From positions 1 to 64,000 of IMG/VR virus record IMGVR_UViG_3300033066_001295: a DNA stretch of 64,000 nucleotides; one strand, given 5' to 3'. The notes below the pieces were generated by a model. The model made no database searches. It was given only the letters and a program-made list of their open reading frames with translations, and was not told the DNA's origin. The stretch is from a virus. Taxonomy: Duplodnaviria; Caudoviricetes. The position numbers and the translations under genes were made by a program. Below, piece after piece: positions 29,121-37,149 of the stretch (its first letter is position 1; every line of letters begins with the position of its first letter).

Positions 29121-29726
29121 ATGAAAAAACAAAAATCATCAGATACCGCTTCCACCATAACTATCCCAAAGCTTGACAAGCACATACTAAAGCTGACGAT
29201 AGTGGGAGAAAGTCCACTGATTCTCAACAAGTGGAGTGAAAAAAGTATAAAAGCCATTGAGGAAAAACAAGGTCGTACTGCTAAATCAATGGTCAAAGCC
29301 ATTCGAGTACCTGAAGAGGAAGTGCGTGAAGCCACTCACTTTATCCAAAGTGGACCACACAAAGGCAAACCGGGAATTCCTGCACTAGCATTCAAAAATG
29401 CAGCAGTTACAGCTTGCACAAGTTTAGGAAGAGACTTCCCAAAAACCAAAGCTCGTCAGGCTTTCCATGTCATAGGGGACATTCTCCCCATTAATGGTGA
29501 AATGTCTCCCAGAAAAGACACCATAACATACCCCAACGGTTCGGGTGGTCTAGCTTACAGACCATCTTGGAACAAGTGGAGTGTTGACCTCGACATCAGG
29601 TACAACTCAAATGTCATCAGCCCGGAACAGCTTGCCAGTCTTTTTAGTCTTGCTGGCTTTGCTGTTGGGGTGGGTTGTTGGCGTCCAGAAAAAAATGGAG
29701 ACAAGGGTCTTTTCAAGGTTGCATAA
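29121..29726 (+). CDS. stand-alone RAMP/Cas7-like protein (Vipr-like candidate RNA-guided effector)
   Basis: LKLTIVGESPLIL (RAMP first strand), PGIPALAFKNA (cf. Csm3/Cmr P.IPGSS.KG), C-terminal Gly loop GFAVGVGCWRPEKNGDKGLFKV; array starts at the base after the stop. Confidence 0.75.
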   Translation: MKKQKSSDTASTITIPKLDKHILKLTIVGESPLILNKWSEKSIKAIEEKQGRTAKSMVKAIRVPEEEVREATHFIQSGPHKGKPGIPALAFKNAAVTACTSLGRDFPKTKARQAFHVIGDILPINGEMSPRKDTITYPNGSGGLAYRPSWNKWSVDLDIRYNSNVISPEQLASLFSLAGFAVGVGCWRPEKNGDKGLFKVA

Positions 29727-30050
29727 CCTTGGTCATAGCTTGGTAAAGCAGCGTAATGTCTAGTGCAGAACAGCGTAGCGCAGCCAACCAACGTGAGGGG
29801 GAGAACGATACGCGCCCAACAATTTTCAAGGGTAAAACCTTGGTCAAAACAGAGCAATGCAAAGGTAGCAGAGTGAAGCTTAGCTGCGTGCAGTTGATCT
29901 CAGAAACGGGACGCCGATTGTTCGGCGTCCCAAATTTTTCAGTAACTTACAAGGGTAACACCTTGGTCAAAGAGCAGTGAAGCAAAACGCAGATTAGCTA
30001 TGTGCAGTTGATCAAAGGGAGACGCCGATTGTTCGGCGTCTCCCACAATT
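29727..30050 (+). ncRNA. three-unit guide-like RNA array: CCTTGGTCA-(AGY NN)n-hairpin
   Basis: CCTTGGTCA at 29727, 29838 and 29961; 5-nt periodic triplet/dinucleotide runs; perfect hairpins at 29908-29931 and 30017-30044. Confidence 0.8.
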
Positions 30051-30055
30051 TCCAA

Positions 30056-30574
30056 ATGAAAAAACCTAAAAAACCTAAAGTGTCTTTTGCCTCCATGCAT
30101 GGTAGGGGGTGTGTACTTACAGACGATCAAGCTCGTGAGATAGGTCCTGTGCTTGTGAGGATAGAGCAGAAAAATGGAGCTATCAAGCCTGCTACAGTAG
30201 TTCAAGAAGCATCATCACCATCTTCCCCGTTGCACAGCTATTTTACATGGGATGACACAGAAGCAGCTAAAAAGTGTAGGTTAGAGGAGGCTAGAAGTAT
30301 AATCAGGAGTGTCAGGATCATCCATGAAGACGCTCCTGATATTGTTGTCCATGCCTTTACAAGTGTAAAAGCTACCTCGAAAGAATCCAAGTTTTCGGGG
30401 TACGGGTACCTGAGTACACCTGCTGCTCTCAATAAAAAGGAGTACAAAGAGCAAGTTCTTAACACAGCCCTTTCAGAAATTGAAGTGTGGAAACGTCGTT
30501 ATAGCGGTTTAGTGGAGCTTGCATCAATTTGTGGTGCTATTGAGGCAACCATTAAAAAGCTCAAGAGAGTTTGA
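30056..30574 (+). CDS. phage protein directly downstream of the array (candidate accessory)
   Basis: G.I.P..VV..A..P.SPLH.YFTWDD..AA...R...AR.II; ATG 30056 follows the last hairpin. Confidence 0.75.
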   Translation: MKKPKKPKVSFASMHGRGCVLTDDQAREIGPVLVRIEQKNGAIKPATVVQEASSPSSPLHSYFTWDDTEAAKKCRLEEARSIIRSVRIIHEDAPDIVVHAFTSVKATSKESKFSGYGYLSTPAALNKKEYKEQVLNTALSEIEVWKRRYSGLVELASICGAIEATIKKLKRV

Positions 30575-30613
30575 TACAAAAGAAAGAGGCCACCCTCCAA
30601 CTGTAACTCGATT

Positions 30614-31645
30614 CTAGGAAGTAATAGCAACCTCCATTTTGGCTAAAATAACTTCACCTATGCTTAACTCAAGAAAATCAGCGGCTGTAGCTTCTTTCCC
30701 AGAGCGAATATTATCGTGAACAATTGCTTCAGCAAGCCCATCACCAAGGGTGTAATAGATAGCTTCAATTACGTCCTTATTATTCTCGAACATACCAACC
30801 CCATTTTGGTACATTACAGGTTGTTGTTTAATCTCCGGGAATTGCCCACTCTCCCACATCTCTGTCAACTCCCTGACAGCCATCTCCCAATGCAGTCTTT
30901 CTTTATCTGAAATTTTCAGTGTCTTCATGTTAAATAATAGCATATTTCTCTGGTGAGTGCAAACCCCATTACCCATCCGGGCTGAATGATTGCAGTTATG
31001 GCAGAGGACCCGGTAGTCTGGAGGGAAACCAGCTTTGATGATGTGGGAGTAAAGGATATTGGTGACCTGATTCACTTTTCTCATTTTGCTGCCACCACCT
31101 GCCACATGATCTATTGCTAACTTAAAAGGATCATCTTCTCCACAGCAAGAGCACTTGTTGCCATAGTGTTGAAGAACGATGGATCGCTGTTTTCTGAAGG
31201 TGCGGGCTGCCCCGCTGAGGCCATCCTTTAACCTAGCCTCCAAGCTCTTCTTGACGTTGCAGCTAAAGCATAAACACTGTAACACAGGAGGAAAGTTATT
31301 TTTGATTGCCCACCTGTACATGTTATTTTTTACTTCAGCACGATGAGTCACACCATCGTCATTTACATGGTCCAGAGTAAGCATCTCCAGCATGGTTTCA
31401 GGACAATGCTGGCACTTTCCACCATATCCAGCCATCACCTTTGTCTTTAGCCTTTGCTGCTTGGCTCTTGCTAACTCAGCAACCCTACCAGAGTGTTCCT
31501 TGCAGTATTTCCTGTGGTAAGCTCTACGCTCCTCAATGGTCTGTTTTGGTCTTGATCCTTTTATGAGACCCTTTTCTCTTCTCCAATTTCGGAGATACTG
31601 AATGCGTTCTTCTCTTGATGCAAAAGGCATATAGTTCGATAGCAT
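30614..31645 (-). CDS. tandem-domain HNH-like endonuclease
   Basis: Two copies of YG.KC..C...L..DHV......LC..CN. Confidence 0.8.
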   Translation of the reverse strand: MLSNYMPFASREERIQYLRNWRREKGLIKGSRPKQTIEERRAYHRKYCKEHSGRVAELARAKQQRLKTKVMAGYGGKCQHCPETMLEMLTLDHVNDDGVTHRAEVKNNMYRWAIKNNFPPVLQCLCFSCNVKKSLEARLKDGLSGAARTFRKQRSIVLQHYGNKCSCCGEDDPFKLAIDHVAGGGSKMRKVNQVTNILYSHIIKAGFPPDYRVLCHNCNHSARMGNGVCTHQRNMLLFNMKTLKISDKERLHWEMAVRELTEMWESGQFPEIKQQPVMYQNGVGMFENNKDVIEAIYYTLGDGLAEAIVHDNIRSGKEATAADFLELSIGEVILAKMEVAITS

Positions 31646-31676
31646 ACACCATAACTCTTAGCAAATCCTTTTTGGC

Positions 31677-31707
31677 AAAAGAATAGCCGGGGTTAATCCG
31701 GCTATTC
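31677..31707 (-). terminator. terminator after the major capsid gene
   Basis: GAATAGCCGG-7 nt-CCGGCTATTC with a U-tract on the minus strand. Confidence 0.75.
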
Positions 31708-31728
31708 CTCGTGATCTGTCAGTCTCGT

Positions 31729-33144
31729 TTAACCTCCAAAGGATGCATTGAACCCACTGCATTCGATGGTTGCATACATACGAGAATTGATTACTTTCTT
31801 TCCGTATATCGAGGCAAACCCTTTCCTTGCGATGAAGTCATCCAAGGTAACCAGCGGTGTGGTTAGGAGCAACAACCACGGAGCAAGCACATATCCTGTG
31901 CGGACGAAGTCCTTGCCCTTGTAACCGACCAACGCCTCGTTCATGCGATAGTGAGGATCGGTGTAGCACTTCACGCGGCCAAGCTTACCAAGCTCGGACA
32001 CACCTTCGATTTCAGCCTTCTCTCCGCCCGCAGCTTCAAACATTGGGAGGGTTTCAACGACACCGGAGGGCTGGATACCAAGAAGCATCCAGTTGGCCTT
32101 GACCCGGTTGGTTGCGCGCTGAATGAAGTTGCTGGCGTTAACGACAGCATCCACAAAACTGAGCTTGTGCTCGGTGTAGGAGATGTACGATCCGGTAGGA
32201 ATCGTTGCATCCCATGATACGACACCACCGGAGGCAATGCGGCGAACGTCTTCGATGACCTCACGGTCAACTTCCCACTGGAGGTGGTTGGCGATGGCGT
32301 TGCTGACAGTGCTTTCAGCGTTGACCTTGTGGAGGGCTTCAAGAGCCTTCGCAGCTTCCATCGACCAGCGACCGCGAAGCTTACGCTCCTTGGTGTAGAT
32401 CGGGGCTGACACGATTTCAAAGTCAACCTGCTGTGCATCGGGATTGAGTTCCGCGTTGTAGTAGTAGGTTGCTTCGAGGGTACCGTTGGCCACAGTGCTG
32501 CTGATGACGATGGCACCAGTGTTGTAGTTGATGGTACCGACATCGGTTCCAGCGGAGTTTTCAATGACACCGTTGCCGTTGTCAGTGAAGGTTGTCGTCG
32601 CGCTGTCCGTCAGGGTGATCGAACCGGGCATCACCGGGCTGTAGCTGAGCGTGCCGGTAAGGGCATTGGCAGCGACAGTACCGACGAACTCGTTTTCCAC
32701 GATAGCGTCGGAGTCGGTGTTGCGGTCAACGTGACCTGTGCGGCTGTCCCAGATTTTGGCTCCACGAGCGGTGTTGCCCTTCTGCTGGCCAGTGGTGAAG
32801 TTCATGTAGAAAATCAGACCACTTGGACCGTCGAGCGGTTGAACGCTGACGAGGTCCTGAGCGACGAGGTTTTCTGACACGATGGTCAAGATGGGGAAGG
32901 CGAACTTATCGAAGTTGCCGATCTGCATCGTTGACGTTGCTTCATCAAGACCATTGCGATAGTTCCGATAGTTTTCAAGGATGATGGCAGTGGTAGCCTG
33001 CTTGATCGGGCACTTGATGTCACTAACGATTTCTTTCCAGCCTTTTGCTTCGGTAAGGGGTTGCTTAGCGGTGATGCCAAGAGGCGTACGCGCCAACTCC
33101 ATACCTCGTGCAATGACCTTTGCGAGTTGATCCATGTTATGCAT
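31729..33144 (-). CDS. major capsid protein (T4 gp23-like)
   Basis: TAIILEN, DLVSVQPL.GPSGLIFY, RKLR..WS.EA, E.DRE.I, VGYKG, GYVLAP. Confidence 0.95.
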   Translation of the reverse strand: MHNMDQLAKVIARGMELARTPLGITAKQPLTEAKGWKEIVSDIKCPIKQATTAIILENYRNYRNGLDEATSTMQIGNFDKFAFPILTIVSENLVAQDLVSVQPLDGPSGLIFYMNFTTGQQKGNTARGAKIWDSRTGHVDRNTDSDAIVENEFVGTVAANALTGTLSYSPVMPGSITLTDSATTTFTDNGNGVIENSAGTDVGTINYNTGAIVISSTVANGTLEATYYYNAELNPDAQQVDFEIVSAPIYTKERKLRGRWSMEAAKALEALHKVNAESTVSNAIANHLQWEVDREVIEDVRRIASGGVVSWDATIPTGSYISYTEHKLSFVDAVVNASNFIQRATNRVKANWMLLGIQPSGVVETLPMFEAAGGEKAEIEGVSELGKLGRVKCYTDPHYRMNEALVGYKGKDFVRTGYVLAPWLLLLTTPLVTLDDFIARKGFASIYGKKVINSRMYATIECSGFNASFGG

Positions 33145-33193
33145 GATGTTTTTTTGAGGGTAGGTTTGTTGTTATTGAATCCCTTTTCAGGTA

Positions 33194-35242
33194 TTAGCTG
33201 TAGAGGGGGATGTGCTGACGTGCCCGTGAGATAGATGCCACCATAGGGTGAACACTTTCTTCCACTGGGGGGGCAGGAGGAGGAGGAGCCTCTTCCTTGA
33301 CTGGAGCCGCGCCTTTCGGAGCACTTTCAGTCATTGCACCTTTATCCTCGGCACCTTGCGGGGCAGGAGGACTCTGCTGTTCATCAGCTTCTGAGATGAT
33401 CTTGCGGGAAAGTTCATCATAGGCCTTCCAAGTAGGGCACTTTGAAAGAGCCTCCTTGTTGGCTTCAAAAAGCTTGGGCTTCTTGAGTTTCCAGATGTAC
33501 TCACCGAGTTCAATCATCTCAGTGTTGTAGCGGGCAGCGATCTCACGAGCGGCAGCCTCACTTTTTGTGGCGCGTTCCTCGGCTTCTTTAAGCGAGGTTG
33601 AACCTTCACCGTTATGGCTACTTTCATTCAAATTTTTGTATGCCTTCATCAGCTTGGCACTGCTCTCGCGCAGACGAACATAGCGGGAGCGGAGCTTGCG
33701 ATAGGACTCAACAAACTTGTTGCGAGCCTTAGCATTGCTTTCGAGCTTTGGCACATCGGAGTCCTCCATAGGAGGCACGTCGTCAAGATCGACATTGTTT
33801 TCAATGCCTTCTTCACCACCGGGAGGGCCTTCAGCGGCACCAATCTGGTCACCGACTGACTGAAGCTGTGATGCGACTTCTTCGTTACCGGCGTCATGAA
33901 GGGCCTGAACAGCCTGATCAATGATGCTGGCAGCTTCGTCGGCTGTCATGTCACCTTCTTCACCACCGGGAGCGGGAGGAGGGGCTTCGTCACCACCGGG
34001 AGCCGGAGGGGCGTCACCTTCAGGGGCCGGAGGCGGAGGTGGTGGGGCGTCCATCTCTTCTTCATACTCGACCAGCTTCTTAGCAACTGGGGCGATGATT
34101 GAGGAGAGGAATGAGTTCTGTTCTTGAAGTTGGGCAAGCTCAATGCGGAGGGACTTTGCGCGTTCCAAGAGGGCAGAAGCTTCGGAGAGCTTCAGACCCG
34201 TGCGCTTGGAGTTAGCCAACAAAACGGCCTCTGACTGAATCTGCCGGATGCGATCCTGCACGTTCATGGTATTAGGTGGTGTGGTTTGGGTTGTTTCTGC
34301 GGTTGAAGCCGTGGCTGATTCAAAAATAAAGCCTGTGTTATTGCACAAAGCTGTCATTGCGTTCGTTGCCTCGGTGAATTGCTGAAATGTTCCAAGAGGT
34401 GGAGCCTTGTCGGATTCATTGACAGCCCTCCAGCGGAAAGAAACATTCTTGCCTTTGGATTCGGCAATAAGTTCAATTGGAATCATTTTCTTGCCTTCTT
34501 CGGCCTTTCCGGGACCGTAAAGACCTGTTATCAAAACAAAGGACGACTCAGTCATGTCTTCTTCTTCTTCTTTGGCAGGGGTTGGTTCAGATGCTGCTGA
34601 TGTTGCAGCTTCCTCCTTCAAGGAAGGTGCGGTGGTTTTCACCGGAGCAGATTCAAAAGCTTTGGCCACTGGGCGGGCACGCTTGACTGACGGAGTGAAC
34701 ACGACATCCCATGTTTCAAGGATATAGTCATCATTCACTTCAAAGGCGTCACTGGTTTCAGTGACGGTGCCGTTACCACGGGAAGAAACACCACCGAAGT
34801 CGATGTTAGCCCGTATGCAGCCTTCAAGAATCTTAGCCTTGGGGAAGTATTCACCGGGCAATACTTCATAGGTTCCAACTACGTCACCTTCTTCGAGTTC
34901 ACCACCGCTCTGAGAGATTTCAGCAGGGGTGGCAATATGCACTTCGGTGATGACATGTGAGGCAAGTTCAGCAAGAGTGACCCCATCCTTTGGGTGTTCC
35001 ATCATGCCTAGCACATTCCGCCTCTTCAGCCTGTTGGAAAAATCAGACCCTTCAGCAAAATGGCGTTCCCAAATCTTCTTGCCATATTTACGGCCATTTT
35101 CGTTCTTGAGCTTCCAGTTCTGAAAGACACCGGTCACTTCAAGCACTTGTTTTCCCGGAGTGTGGCTGCTTTCAACCAGTCTGGGCTTTCTCAAAAGCCT
35201 GAAGGGAAACGCATCAGTGAGTAATGGCAAATCTTGTGGCAT
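33194..35242 (-). CDS. prohead protease (gp21-like) fused to scaffold-like region
   Basis: GVFQ....N.NGRKY, GMMEHP, SHVIT, GVSSRGNG, WDVV.TPS, followed by about 480 aa of acidic and coiled-coil sequence. Confidence 0.88.
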   Translation of the reverse strand: MPQDLPLLTDAFPFRLLRKPRLVESSHTPGKQVLEVTGVFQNWKLKNENGRKYGKKIWERHFAEGSDFSNRLKRRNVLGMMEHPKDGVTLAELASHVITEVHIATPAEISQSGGELEEGDVVGTYEVLPGEYFPKAKILEGCIRANIDFGGVSSRGNGTVTETSDAFEVNDDYILETWDVVFTPSVKRARPVAKAFESAPVKTTAPSLKEEAATSAASEPTPAKEEEEDMTESSFVLITGLYGPGKAEEGKKMIPIELIAESKGKNVSFRWRAVNESDKAPPLGTFQQFTEATNAMTALCNNTGFIFESATASTAETTQTTPPNTMNVQDRIRQIQSEAVLLANSKRTGLKLSEASALLERAKSLRIELAQLQEQNSFLSSIIAPVAKKLVEYEEEMDAPPPPPPAPEGDAPPAPGGDEAPPPAPGGEEGDMTADEAASIIDQAVQALHDAGNEEVASQLQSVGDQIGAAEGPPGGEEGIENNVDLDDVPPMEDSDVPKLESNAKARNKFVESYRKLRSRYVRLRESSAKLMKAYKNLNESSHNGEGSTSLKEAEERATKSEAAAREIAARYNTEMIELGEYIWKLKKPKLFEANKEALSKCPTWKAYDELSRKIISEADEQQSPPAPQGAEDKGAMTESAPKGAAPVKEEAPPPPAPPVEESVHPMVASISRARQHIPLYS

Positions 35243-35346
35243 TAATCATAACTAATGGCTGCTCTTCAAAAAGCAGAATTGTGTTGAATTCAAGGGCGTT
35301 TCTGCATATCAGGTCTTTGTAAAGTATGTGAAGAACAACTTTTCTG

Positions 35347-35374
35347 TTGACAGATGGCTGACTTTTGATATAGT
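35347..35374 (+). promoter_or_regulatory. early promoter
   Basis: TTGACA-16 nt (GCTGACTTTTGA)-TATAGT, 7 nt before ATG 35382. Confidence 0.8.
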
Positions 35375-35381
35375 TTGCACC

Positions 35382-35570
35382 ATGGAAAAGATCGAACTCA
35401 AGGATGTCAGGGACGAACGTGAGTATCTTGTCGAGTCAAGCTACGGCTGGCTCGTGATGATCTACCGGAATGGCAGGTTTGAACAAACCAACTGCCCATT
35501 CCTCAGTGCCGGGGTTGTGCCGGGTGCAAAGGCACTTCAGATTTTTCAACTTCCACCCAACTTCGTGTAA
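35382..35570 (+). CDS. hypothetical protein
   Basis: ATG at the leaderless position after the promoter. Confidence 0.55.
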   Translation: MEKIELKDVRDEREYLVESSYGWLVMIYRNGRFEQTNCPFLSAGVVPGAKALQIFQLPPNFV

Positions 35571-35674
35571 CAACTTGGTGAAACCGTTATGGCTATGAGA
35601 CTCGAAAGAGGCCCGCAAGGTTGCGATTAAACCCACGGTGTAAAAAACAACCCAGTGTCCAAAGCTGGGTCCCC

Positions 35675-36067
35675 ATGAAAAAGCCTCAAAACTACACCAT
35701 CGAAAACGGGCGGATTTTCCGCATTCGCAGAGCTACTGCTGAAGCACTGGCTAGTGAAGGATTTTTAACCCTGTCAGAGGGGTCAAAGCTTGATACCAGT
35801 CATGCCCTCACCCCAAAGGGTGTGGCGTTCTTCAACCACACTTCAAGAGGTCGATTTTCATGGAAGGAGCCTGAACCTGTCGGTGTGTCAATTGTCAGGA
35901 ATGATGACAATGAGGCTGAAAAGCCCAGCAGCATTCACAACTCACCAACACTCTTTGGTCTCCCTCATGGCTTGAAAAGGACGGCAGACCTATTCAGAGA
36001 GAGCCTCAACCCATCATCGCCACACTATGATCCAGCCACCTACACAGATGAAGCCGCAAAGGGCTGA
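35675..36067 (+). CDS. hypothetical protein
   Basis: 130 aa ORF from ATG 35675. Confidence 0.5.
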   Translation: MKKPQNYTIENGRIFRIRRATAEALASEGFLTLSEGSKLDTSHALTPKGVAFFNHTSRGRFSWKEPEPVGVSIVRNDDNEAEKPSSIHNSPTLFGLPHGLKRTADLFRESLNPSSPHYDPATYTDEAAKG

Positions 36068-36239
36068 AACAGTTGGTGAACTGATTGAGGCTATGAAGGG
36101 CCTGCCTCACGACATGAAACTTAGGAGTGAGCAGGATGGGGAGTTTCACGGTGTTTTTGCCACTGTGGAAGATGGCTTTCTCGTTTTTACCATCTCCGGT
36201 CTTGAGAGTGATGACGACGAGGAGGACTTGGAGGACTAG
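36048..36239 (+). CDS. small acidic hypothetical protein
   Basis: TVGELIEAM..LP.DM motif, common in small phage ORFs. Confidence 0.55.
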   Translation: MKPQRAETVGELIEAMKGLPHDMKLRSEQDGEFHGVFATVEDGFLVFTISGLESDDDEEDLED

Positions 36240-36241
36240 GC

Positions 36242-36499
36242 ATGACTTCAGGCTGGAACAGAGTAGGCGACACGGTCATTTTCAAAAATGGTGGTAACAC
36301 CAGTGTCTTCGATGAGAAGGCTCTTAGAGGCTCTTTAGCCTCCTACCTTTCAGATAACAGCAGGGCAAGGTTTGGAGGTGACAACTTCATGCCAGACAGT
36401 GAATTTCTCAAGGGCATAGACTGGCACGTCGAAGGTCTCAAGCTCCTTATTCAACCATCTTCAGCACCGGAGCATACAACTCAGGGTTGTCAGACTTGA
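36242..36499 (+). CDS. hypothetical protein
   Basis: 85 aa ORF adjacent to the previous gene. Confidence 0.45.
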   Translation: MTSGWNRVGDTVIFKNGGNTSVFDEKALRGSLASYLSDNSRARFGGDNFMPDSEFLKGIDWHVEGLKLLIQPSSAPEHTTQGCQT

Positions 36500-36797
36500 C
36501 ATACACCTTGCCAAAGTTCCAAACGTAATCCAGTGCCCGTTCGATCTTACCCTTTGGCAGACCTGTCCTGATAAGTTCAGTAATGATATGACGGGTGTAG
36601 TTGAATATCTGCCAGTCGCCTGACGGGTAGCAAACCTTCAACTGGCTGCTATAAGGCTCACGCATGAGCAGGAACACCCCTTTTGGAGGGGCGTGAGGTT
36701 TATCAGAGTAAACCTTGTAGTACTCCTCCTCCGGCTTGAATAGCTCAGCCAGCCAACGGTACTCTTCGGCTGTAAGAGGAGGCAGAAGTCCTGTCAT
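36447..36797 (-). CDS. hypothetical protein
   Basis: TAATG-coupled 116 aa ORF. Confidence 0.6.
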   Translation of the reverse strand: MTGLLPPLTAEEYRWLAELFKPEEEYYKVYSDKPHAPPKGVFLLMREPYSSQLKVCYPSGDWQIFNYTRHIITELIRTGLPKGKIERALDYVWNFGKVYVKSDNPELYAPVLKMVE

Positions 36798-37141
36798 TAT
36801 TCAGGGATGATCTCAGGCTTTTTGGCAAATTCAACATGTTTGTTGATTGCAGCCACGGTTTCATCACCGATCCACCTGTCATCAGTCACACCAACGGCTT
36901 TCTGGATGGCTTCCGCCTTGTCTCCAGCGTATTTGTGAATGATCACATTGATACCCGCATAGCAGAGAGCAACTGTGCCCTCAGCAAGCTTGATTTGGTC
37001 TTCTGCTGGCATGGCATAGTGAAGGTATGTTGCCATGTTTGACACGACAAAATGCACTACGGCACCGGCAATGACTGAAATGGCACCAGCGATAGGCTGA
37101 CCCATCTTACTGAAGAGAATCTTGAGGAAGAATGCTTTCAT
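36797..37141 (-). CDS. membrane protein with C-terminal peptidoglycan-binding-like motif (lysis-related?)
   Basis: Two hydrophobic segments, then IQKAVGV.DD.WIG.ET..AI. Confidence 0.55.
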   Translation of the reverse strand: MKAFFLKILFSKMGQPIAGAISVIAGAVVHFVVSNMATYLHYAMPAEDQIKLAEGTVALCYAGINVIIHKYAGDKAEAIQKAVGVTDDRWIGDETVAAINKHVEFAKKPEIIPE

Positions 37142-37149
37142 ATCAATAT

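Noticed and set aside
29727-30050. Canonical CRISPR array or TIGR array
   Set aside because: No 25-40 nt identical repeats with unique spacers and no other cas genes; the adjacent protein is RAMP-like rather than Nop-domain. Constant and variable positions alternate every 5 nt instead.
29756-30055. Short ORFs over the array (29756-29980 and the GTG 30002 extension)
   Set aside because: 5-nt rather than 3-nt periodicity and strong hairpins argue for non-coding sequence; ATG 30056 is the better start.
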